NCBI RefSeq assembly: GCF_963506605.1
Contig: NC_083283.1
Coordinates: 34,658,001-34,722,000 of the forward strand
Origin: Zootoca vivipara
Lineage: Eukaryota
Reading direction: 5' to 3'
DNA length: 64,000 bases
Under the pieces are notes generated by a model that did not search any database, was not told the origin of the DNA, and saw nothing but the letters and a program-made list of their open reading frames with translations. Position numbers and translations under genes: made by a program. The first letter of the stretch is position 1; each line of letters begins with the position of its first letter. Shown piece after piece: positions 49,927 to 59,776 of this stretch.

Positions 49927-51920
49927 TCTATATATATAAAGTCCAAGTTGTCCCTGCGTCCAAGCTGTCCCGTGTGTCCCTGGGGTACTGCGCATGTGCG
50001 CCAGGGACACAGGGATTGGAAGGAGAGACAACCAGGGACACAGGGAGCAGCCAACCGCCGCTCCGCCAACCGCCGCTCCGAAGCCCAGTCTCATGCTGGA
50101 GGTGCGCGGTGAGGCGGCGGGGGAGAGAAGCGCTCCCCCCCGGCAGCCTTGCCGCACACCGCCGGCATGGGACGGCACTTCCTCGGGGAACCCGAGGAAG
50201 CCGAAGCGGAAGCGGGCGCCGAGGGAAGCCGGCTTTGGCTTGGCAGCGGCGGGAAAAAGGGGAGGAATTCCTCCCCTTTTTCCCGCCGCCGCCAAGCCAG
50301 TCCCCGAGTCGAAGTGCGGCGCGGCGGGTGCTTTTCGCCGTTTGCCTCCCCCTGGGGGGAAGGCAAACGGCGAAAAGCCTCCGCTGCGGACTGGCTTGGC
50401 GGTGGCGGGAAGACCCGCCACCGCCAAGCCAGTCCCGGAGCCGAATTGCGGCGCGGCAGGGTTTTTCGCCGTTTGCCTCCCCCTGGGGGGAAGGCAAACG
50501 GCAAAAAGCCTCCGCTGCGGACTGGCTTGGCGGTGGCGGGTCTTCCCGCCACCGCCAAGCCAGTCCCGGAGCCGAGGTTCCGGTTTCCGCCTGCAGGAAT
50601 GGCGGACCTGTTTTCCATCTCTCTGACCTTCGTAAGGAATTTGGCGGTTGCTAGGGGAGTAAATGGCAACCCCCTACCCTCTCCGGGGGTTACGGAGAGG
50701 GGCCGCTGGCCCGCGATGCCCCCAGACCCACTCCGACTGTTTTTGGAGTGGGGGGAGCTAGGGCTGAGCACTTACGAGGGTCAGGACTCCCGGACGCTAA
50801 TCTGCATGGCGGGGATTTCCATGGTTAAAGAAGATAATTAGGCTTAAATCTATGGACATACTTCAGAAGGAGGGGAGGAAGCGCTGTTTACTGCTGAGAA
50901 ATTTATGCTGCTGAGGGAGAGGAGTCAAAGATTATACTGCATCTGGAAGAAGGATTGATGGGGGACGGAGCGATAAGGGAAGTGAGTTTTTATTTTTTTT
51001 TCTTCATATTGTTGCCTCGTACCTTCCCGGACGCGATGTCCTGGCTTGTTTGGAGTGAAAGAGAAGCAAAAGACTGTGTGAGTTGAACTTTATAACTGTT
51101 GTTACTGAGCATATTTTTTAAAGATGTGGAGTTGCCGATGAGAAAAGCCCCCCCCCCTAGTCGGACGGAAGGAGTTCTGGACGCGTTCGGAGGATTTATG
51201 AGCTGTGACGCACTTTAAATTGGAGCAGCGACCTGAAGCTAAGTTCAGCTATAGGGCAAGGAGATCCATTAATTTACCAAGAGTTTATGGTTTGATGTTT
51301 GGGTCTCCTGCCTGGAAAAGCTGTAAATTCTATAATGATCGTAAATCTTCATGGCTATGAGAGAAAACGAAAGTGATTTGAGCTTTTTAAGATGGCGCTG
51401 CTTCGGGCTGCTTCGACGCAACAGGGAGCTCCATTAAGAAGATTTATGGGGAGGCTGGACTGATTAACTCACACAGGAGAAAGAACATCTGTGAAACTTT
51501 GTTTGATATTTATCTCAGCAGCTGGGAAACAATCGGATGAAAGTGGAAAACATCTATGTGACTGTAAGGGGAAGATCTGGATTATTATGAACTTGGAGGA
51601 CGATTTGAACTTTAGAAAAAAGACGGCAGTGGACAGTTGCGAGGAATTCCCAATTTCTTGAAGCATGGGAACCTGCTTCCCCGAGCCGTAGCGCATCGGG
51701 GGACAGAGCCGAAGATCGGCAGGCACTGTTTGCCGGGGTTGACAAGCTTCGTGTGACAGGCGGTGGGGAATGCAGGCAGGCAAGAGAGCAAGCGCCTGCC
51801 TGCCTGCCTGCCTGCCTTCCCCGCCACCAGTCCCCCGATGCTTCGTGCAGCGCTGCTGGGTGCCGACCCGGCAGGCCGCTTCCTCTAGCGCCCATTTTTA
51901 AACGGGCTGAAATCCACTAG
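49927..51920 (+). mobile_element. Non-autonomous Helitron
   Basis: 5' A|TCTATATATATAAA start; 3' hairpin GCCCATTT-TT-AAACGGGC (51890-51907) 9 nt before CTAG|T; inserted between A and T with no TSD; no Rep/helicase ORF. Confidence 0.85.
50282..50575. repeat. ~131-bp GC-rich fold-back tandem repeat (2 full units plus a partial third) inside the Helitron
   Basis: GCCAAGCCAGTCCC recurs at 50291, 50423 and 50554; each unit contains the TTTTCGCCGTTTGCCT..AGGCAAACGGC hairpin. Confidence 0.95.
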
Positions 51921-51928
51921 TATATCTA

Positions 51929-52240
51929 TAAAGGGACCCCTGACCATTAGGTCCAGTCGTGACTGACTCTGGGGTTGCACGCTCATCTCGCATTATTGGC
52001 CGAGGGAGCCGGCGTATAGCTTCCAGGTCATGTGGCCAGCATGACAAAGCCGCTTCTGGCAAACCAGAGCAGCACATGGAAACGCCGTTTACCTTCCCGC
52101 TGTAGCGGTTCCTATTTATCTACTTGCATTTTGACGTGCTTTCGAACTGCTAGGTTGGCAGAAGCTGGGACCAAGCAACGGGAGCTCACCCCGTCACAGG
52201 GATTCGAACCGCCGACCTTCTGATCAGCAAGCCCTAGGCC
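51929..52240 (-). mobile_element. Sauria SINE, 5' truncated
   Basis: Reverse complement of 33050-33360 with high identity. Confidence 0.95.
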
Positions 52241-52643
52241 CAGCCTTTCCATACTCCTCTTTCCAGCCAATCTCTTACCAGCCAATTTTAACCAATGCCT
52301 AACCGCCAACCTTACAAGTTGTGACGATTTGCTATGCCCCACCCCCACCCTAAGTGTCCCGATTTTCCAGGGACAGTCCCAGACTTACAGAAGCCGTTCC
52401 AGTTTCTAATTTGATCCTGTAGAGTCCTGCTTTCCCATTGGATGTTACTCTTTTCATTGGAGAAATGTTGGAAGGGATGGAATGAGGTGTCTCTATTTTT
52501 ATCTGAGAAATGTTGGAGGAGATGAAAACAGTGAACAACAAGCCAATGTCCCCACAATGCCCTTTTTGTTGTATATAATAGTTGATCTTCCCATGAGGAA
52601 AAACAGGATGAAGAGTATCTCTATGAAATCTGTTTATCTGTAT

Positions 52644-52779
52644 TAGGCATCCCCAAACTGCGGCCCTCCAGATGTTTTGGCCTACAACTCCCATGATCCC
52701 TAGCTAACAGGACCAGTGGTCGGGGAAGATGGGAATTGTAGTCCAAAACATCTGGAGGGCCGAAGTTTGGGGATGCCTG
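52644..52779. mobile_element. 136-bp hAT MITE (copy 3)
   Basis: Near identical to copies 1 and 2; TSD ATCTGTAT/ATCTATAT. Confidence 0.95.
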
Positions 52780-53946
52780 ATCTATATGAACCAGTTGGTT
52801 CAACATCATTTTTAAGAGCATTGGAGTTTTCATCCTTAAAGTTTAATTTTAACCTGAAAAATGGAATGTGTGGCTTTCCCTCCCTTTCTCTGTACCTTTA
52901 TTTTCTTTAGAAGCATAGTGTTGTATGTCTTAAAAAGAGATGTTCGTGTCAAAAAGATGACCCGCTGTTTGGGGAGGGAGGAGAGAAGAAATCATTAAAA
53001 GAGATTTCTCAATAATCAAGGACATCTGTGATCCTGTACTGCTTGCAAAAGCACAAAGGGCCTACTGCTCCCCTGCCAAAGTACAATGTCTGTGATCCCT
53101 CACCCCAAAGGGAAAATAAGGAGAGAAGGAGAAAATTATGTGACAGGAGATCAGCTGCTCTCTGCTTCTTTTTTTAAAAGCCCAGGTTGTTGCTATTTAA
53201 CATATAACCCTCTGACCTTACTGCTGTGGCTGCTTTGAAACACCAAGCTATTTAATTATGCAAATTACAAACAGAGAAAAACATCAGAAGAATCTGCCTA
53301 GAAATTACCTCGTTTGACTGGAAATTAGTTGGCTTATTTGAACTTACAGGACGTTGCTTTTCAGTGTTGAATTCTGGCTTGGTGCATTGGTCTATTTGCA
53401 TTATCTTACATCTCTGTGGGACGCTGGAAAGTGTTAAGAATTAATGGCTGAAGTAATATCTCATCTATTATCCTTACACCTAATTATTTTTAAAGATGTG
53501 TCCTGTAGTGGGCACTAATGAATGGAATTCTCCTCGAATCCTGGTGCACACAGAGCAAACAAACAATGCATATCCATTTCACTTGTCGGTGAAGGCAGCA
53601 GTGCTATTAAACCAATGTAGCTGTCAGCAATCTCAGGAGCTTGCCATTCAGAAATTCTGTCTCCAAATAAGCTAATTCTTTTGAATCTGACCGAAGTGGA
53701 CCCGAGCTTCTGGAAGCCTTGTGCCACAGTGCATTTGGAAGCCTTTAAATCCTCCCTGTTGCTTTTGCTGGTCCTTTTGGTGGTTGGATGGTGGATCTGA
53801 TAAGATAATTGTGTGTATCTTTTGGACCCTGATGATGCCCTTCTATATTAAGGTATACAAAGGTATACGCACCCGTACTACTAAAGAGGAAACAATCTCT
53901 TTCCTTACTTCATTCTCTAGGAAGGCCACGGCACACACGGAATCTC

Positions 53947-54142
53947 TTAAGAACATGAGAAGGGCCTGCTGGATCAGGCCAGTGGCCAATCTAATCCAGC
54001 CTTCTGTTCTCATAGTGACCTGCAAGTTAGCCATGAGCGCAACAGCACACTGACTACCTGTGATTCCCAGCAACTGGTCTTCAGAGGCATAATGCCTCTG
54101 GCCATGGTAGGAGAACATAGCCATTGTGACTAGTAGCCATTG
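53947..54142 (-). mobile_element. CR1-type LINE 3' end
   Basis: TAAGAACATGAGAAGGGCCTGCTGGATCAGGCC...TAGTAGCCATTG, reverse of a squamate CR1 tail. Confidence 0.7.
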
Positions 54143-54814
54143 TCAAAGTGTCCTCTTTGTGCAAAGAAATTTGAGCTTTGCCTTTCAAGTGCGTATGACC
54201 TGATGAAAAATGTTGCATCTTAAATTGCACGGAAAGCTGGTAGTTTGCAGAGCTTACTCCCACTCCACATCCTCGGGGACTGTTTGAGCGGGTCTGCAAA
54301 AGTGCTCTCTTCTAGAACCATCTTCTATAACTATCATGAGAGCTGCAACCAGCATCCCATGTGCTTTCCTTGTGTCCTGTCCTTGAGAATGCCCAGTGGA
54401 AGCAATGCTACATGGGGATGGAGAGTCCAAAGACTCTCCTGTAGGATCTTCTGTGGGTTTAATAGTTTTAGGGAAGTCAATCTGTGCATTCGATTAGGAC
54501 ATTCACCAAATCTGAAACTGATTTTCATGGTAAAATTATGTTCACTTGCTCTTTGCGAGGTAGAGGCATTGCTGCACTTAATAAATAAGATTTCTAATGA
54601 TTGATCTCAGAGCTAAAAAAAACCAAGAAAACCCTGGGATTGGGTGCTCTGCCATGCTCAGCAATGTGTTATGGCATAGAACTGCACAGTTCTCTTTATT
54701 ACTCACTGTATATGGCAACTTCTTCCAGTGCTCATATAGAGGTGCAATGGGAATCCACTGCTGTCATTCCATTGTAAGTGCAAGATTAATAAAAATATGT
54801 ATTTCACTAAAATC

Positions 54815-54945
54815 NNNNNNNNNNNNNNNNNNNNNNNNNNNNNNNNNNNNNNNNNNNNNNNNNNNNNNNNNNNNNNNNNNNNNNNNNNNNNNNNNNNNNN
54901 NNNNNNNNNNNNNNNNNNNNNNNNNNNNNNNNNNNNNNNNNNNNN
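54815..54945. other. Assembly gap (N run)
   Basis: Ns in sequence. Confidence 1.
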
Positions 54946-55413
54946 ATGTATATAATAAAGACCTCGTTGCTCCACCTTTACTCAGTTTAAACCTCAATGT
55001 AATACATAGCAAGGTAGGTATGTAAAAGTAACTTCCAAGCTTCTGTGAATATGTGCTAAACTTCAGGCACGCTTTAGATATCCAGCATACTAAAACGCAA
55101 TTAAAGTAGCCTTGGAAATGAACTAAACAATCTAGGGATAGCGTCTGTGCTGTTAAAACGCTGTAGGCCATATGGCTGGTAAAAAATAATCGGCCATATG
55201 GCTCAGGACATACTTTGACTTTTTTGTGTAAAAATACACTTGAAACTTATTCCGTCTGTTGGTTGTTTGGTTAAGATTTATTCTCTGGCTATATTAAAGT
55301 TCTGATCCTGTAACAAAACCTTGTGGTGCTAGTTCTCTGAATAAAGGATCCTGAATGCTTCTGTGCCATCATTAGTTATTAGTCCTTATTAAATAGTGGG
55401 CAATTCCTGTTAG

Positions 55414-55589
55414 AGCAAATCCACACCATACAATTAAAGCACATGTCTTTCCCCCAAAGAATTGTGGGAATGGTAGTTTGTTAAGGGTGCTGGGAATTGT
55501 AGTTCTGTGGTGGGAAACTACAATTCCTTGGTTTCTTTGGGGAAAGTCATGTGCTTTGAATATACTTTAATTGTATGGTGTGTTCGGCT
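55414..55589. mobile_element. Palindromic MITE
   Basis: 18-bp perfect inverted arms CACACCATACAATTAAAG / CTTTAATTGTATGGTGTG, flanked by GTTAG direct repeats. Confidence 0.75.
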
Positions 55590-56544
55590 GTTAGGTTTTG
55601 CTCTTAGCACAAATTAACTCAAGGGATGCTATGAAGATCCTCTTCCCTTTCATCCCAATGAATAATGTGGAATGGTGGTTGAGAGGAGCAATTATTTCCT
55701 TCCCAAGAAGCCCCACATACTCCTTATGACTTTGTGTCCACATAGATTCTTTTAGTGCAAATGCATTGTTCTTTTGCATGGCCTGGATTTCTACTTTATG
55801 TCCCACCCATCCCCTTCCTCTCCTTGCTTTTAAACTAAACTCAGGCCAGTGTTGTGCACTTCGCGCAACACTTCCTGTTTTATTTTTAATCACAGAGAAT
55901 ACCAAGGTTTGGGTCCCCCCCCCAATTCTGTCATGTACAATCAAGAAGCAAAAATGCACAAAAAGAAAAATTGTTAAGTCTTCTTATGCATTTTTCAAAT
56001 TTTGCATCTTAGTGAATATGAAGACTGAATTCATGCCAGATATGATCAAGATATTGCCAGCAATTCCTGTTTACATGGAATTTGCAAAAAATTTCCATCC
56101 AAGAAAGACAGGAAGCAGAGCAATTGGCTGTTCTTCAGAATACTGCAGTTGCCTACATGATAAAATAGCACCTAAATGAAGAGGGCCTATTTGGTTGCTT
56201 CTGCATTAGTGCCCTTTATCACAGCCATAGCAATGCTTTTCCACCATCAGGAAAGTTTCAACCAATGGTATAGCATTATATTGTTCATCAATGTCTACTC
56301 AGAGGTACATTTGTTCAGCAAAGATAGTTTCTAATGTTAATTGAAAGCTTCCTTTTGGGGGGACTTAGCCTATCTGTTGCTCTACTGCTCCTTGGGGCTA
56401 GGGAATTTGTGATTAATTGCCGGTTAATTGATTCTTACTTAGTAAGCTTTTTATTTAGTAAGTTCCTTGGGTGTGTGGACACTAAATTTAATAGTATGAT
56501 TTCATTTAAACTAATTTTGTTTGTAGCAAAAAGAATAATAGACC

Positions 56545-58282
56545 CATAGAGTTGTAGAGATGGAAGATACCCCAAGGGTCATCTTGTCCAACCATCTGCT
56601 ATGCAGAAATCTCAACTAGATCATACATGGCAGATGGCCATCCAACCTCTGTTTAAAAACCTCCGAGGAAGGAGAGTCCACCACTTCTCGTGGAAGTCTG
56701 TACCACTGTTGAACAGTTCTTACTGTCATAAAGTTCTTCCTGCTGTTTAGTTGGAATCTCTTTACCTGTATACTGAAGCCATTGGTTCGGGTCCTAGCCA
56801 CTGGAGCAGGAGAAAACAAGCTTGCTCCATTCTCTATGTGACAGATTTTTAGATATTTGAAGATGCTTATCATATCTCCTCTCAGTCGTCCCTTTACTGT
56901 CTAAACATATCCAATTCCCTGAACCTTTCCTCATTAGGATTGGTTTCCAGACCCTGGATAATCTTAGTCACCCTACTCTGCACACGTTCCAGCTGGTCAA
57001 TATCCTTCTTAAATTGTGGTGCCCAGAACTAGACACAGTACTCTAGGCGCAGTCTGACCAAGACAGAATAAAATAGTGCTATTACTTCCCTTGATTGGGA
57101 CACTATACTTCTGTTGATGGAGCCTACAATAGCCTTAGCTTTTGTTGCTGCTGCATCAGACTGTTGACTCATGTTCAGCTTGTGGTCTACTAAGACCCCT
57201 GCATCCTTTCCCCATGTACTACTTGCAAGTGAGGTGTCTCCCATGTTCTATTCGTGCCGCTGGTTCTTCCTGCCTAAGTGTAGAACCTTACATTTGTCCC
57301 TATTGAAATTTAGTTTGTTGGTTTTGGCCCAGTTCGCTCCAATCTGTTGAAGTCAACTTGAATTCCGATTGATGTCATCTACAAATCTGATGTCAGGGAC
57401 AGGCTGGACACTGAAGAATAGTGACTGAATTCTGATGACTGGGCACTGGGAGAAGCAGTGTTGGAGACTGGATTGGATGAAGGGATCATTGAACTGTGGG
57501 AACCTGTAATAGTCAGGAGACTAAAGTAAGCGTCAAAAGAAGCTGCAGGATTGAAGAGTGAACAACAGGTGCAGGAGAAGGGAGAGATTGGTGAGGTTGA
57601 TGTAGAGTCAAGGGCTTCTACACCTCCTCCTCCTCCTCCTCCTGACCCCACCTCCCCTGCTCCACTGTCTCCCAGGACCAGAAGAGGATTGAAGAGGGAG
57701 GAGCAGAAGGTTACATGTAGGTGGAGTCTGCACCTGCTTGCACAAAGCTCAGGTGGGGGAGATACATAAGCCGAGGTCAGGTGCACACATCAAGTGCACA
57801 CATTGGAGTAACTGAGAGATGTAGGACTGATGGACATACGGTACCTTTCCCTAACTTGTAAGTGTACTTTTGAGAAGTCAATTTCTCCCTCTGGACATTC
57901 CTTGCCTGATAACACCTTGATACTTGATTAGCAATACCTTCATCCAAGTCGTTTATAAAGATGTTGAACAATGACGGGCCCAGGACAAAACGCTGTAGTA
58001 TCCCACTCTTCCCATTTTTCCAGGATGACAAGGAACTGCTAGTGGGTTCATTTTTCCAGGATGACAAGGAACTGGGTTCAGTCAATCAACCAGCAACAAA
58101 TCCACCTAACATTCATCTCATCCTGTCCACATTTTACCAGCTTCTCCACAGCTTCTCCAATATCATGGGGGAGCATAGTCAAAAGCCTTACTGAAATCAA
58201 GGTACGCTATGTCCAGGCATTCCCCTGATCCACCAAGCTTATAACTCTCTCTCTATAAAAAAGAGATTTGTCTGGCATGATG
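56545..58282 (-). mobile_element. CR1 LINE ORF2 (RT) 3' fragment interrupted at 57391-57911
   Basis: SGILQ..VLGPSLFNIFINDLDEG; GVLVDHKLNMSQQ..AKA.VGSINRSI..LVR.RLEYCV; WYRLPREVVDSPS.EVFKQRLDGHL. Confidence 0.95.
57391..57911 (+). mobile_element. Solo-LTR-like insertion in CR1
   Basis: TGTCAGG...CCTGATA short inverted termini; purine-rich body; breaks CR1 at the reverse of the KF.DD motif; no clear TSD. Confidence 0.55.
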
Positions 58283-59748
58283 AAAAGAAAGAGAGAGAGA
58301 AAAATAAAATAAAATCACCCCACCGCCCCCTCTTGGCAACAAAAGGAAACTTTCATTTTGAAGGAACAATTCCCCCCCCCCAAAGCCCCCATTGCATTTG
58401 GCATGTCCACATTGTAGAGACTAGTATTGCAAATATGTTTTAAGAAAAAAATCTACAGGTCGGGTCTGAATGAACACGAGGACAAAGAAAGAAAGCACTG
58501 GAAAATTATGATTTGACAGTAATAGCATGTGAATTCCTCATTTAAAAAATGAACATATGATGATAACTCCAGAGGAAAGGGTGATGTTAGGAGTATGCGC
58601 AGGCCCCTAGATTTGTATTGTATCTGTATCTGTGTGGTTTTTAAAATTTCAATCAGCTACTGAGTCACTCTATGCTGTCGCCACATCAGCCTGTACTTTT
58701 TGGTTCAGAGACATTCTGTATATAACAAGGCTGTGCTCAACATTTACTTCAACGGGGAGTCTAAAAACAGCTATAACAGTTTTGTTGGCTAAAGTGGATG
58801 AAATTTACAGGCACAGGAGCCCCTCCAGAGAGGATTAAGTCTGCCAAATTGCAGACAAGTAGGTCCAGGACCTTTTTGGGGGGGGGAAAATAAGAGTGAT
58901 TCACTTTCCTCCATAATCCCTTGCAGAAGTTTGTCTCTTGCTCTTTCATACTTTATAATAAGTAAGAAGGGGGCCAAGTGGTGTGCATTTTTCCTTGTAC
59001 TTTTTGCAAAAAATAAAATAAAATTGCAACTTCACACTATAATTTTCTTTCTGGTTCTATTTTTCCTTTATTTCAATAGTTCTAAAGTTCTGAAGAGCTC
59101 TGATTAGAGAGAGGGGGGGAGAGGGAGAGGGGAGAGCAACATAGGATTTAAAACAAATAAAGCTTTTAACTTTTTAAAAAAATCCTCTGCTGCACTTTAA
59201 CAAAAACAACCCAGAACTCTTCAGTGCTCCACAGGTCGCAAGTGGTCAGCCTCACTTCTTGCAAAGCTATTAGACCCAGGGAAATACGGATCTATAGAAA
59301 ACCATAGATCTCTAAGTTTCAGAAAACTACAGAAAAAACCTTGTGACATGAGGCTTTGTGGTGACCCTGATCTGACTGCGGTGGGGGCTATGTATATTAA
59401 GCTTGGACTTGTGATTGAGGAAAGACCCCTGAATCACCTTGATTTGACTCGTGATTCAGCCCCTAAGTAAAGCCAATGCACTCTCTGATGATACATTGCT
59501 GAAATGTACAGGTAAATGCCTCAAAAGAAGAAACTCTTTGAAGTCGTAAATGGAGCAGCTGAAGCAATATCATTGTTTTAGCTAACAAGGTGTAGACCTG
59601 GCCAGTCTCTGGTTTTGAAGCCATCAGGAGCTTCTGTAAGCTTAGCTACATTGAGCCTAGCAAAGTAAGATCAGGAAAAACTAATTAGTCAACAGTTTGT
59701 CAGCATCTCTGTAAGGTGAACAACCTTAAATTATTGTCCACCTTGTTT

Positions 59749-59776
59749 TGTGTGTGTGTGTGTGTGTGTGTGTGTT
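59749..59776. repeat. (TG)n microsatellite
   Basis: Direct reading. Confidence 0.95.

Larger units (their letters stand above)
49548..52340 (-). mobile_element. Putative LTR-like host element split by the Helitron and Sauria SINE (pieces 49548-49926 and ~52237-52340)
   Basis: Minus-strand AATAAA at 49657-49662; the two pieces share a 15-bp motif in inverted orientation; LTR identity is inferred. Confidence 0.4.

Noticed and set aside
49918-50841. Six overlapping long ORFs (169-230 aa) on both strands
   Set aside because: Stop-codon scarcity in GC-rich palindromic repeats of the Helitron; repetitive translations, no Rep/helicase or other domain
58013-58080. Duplicated CATTTTTCCAGGATGACAAGGAACTG
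   Set aside because: Local tandem duplication within a dead CR1; no sign of function
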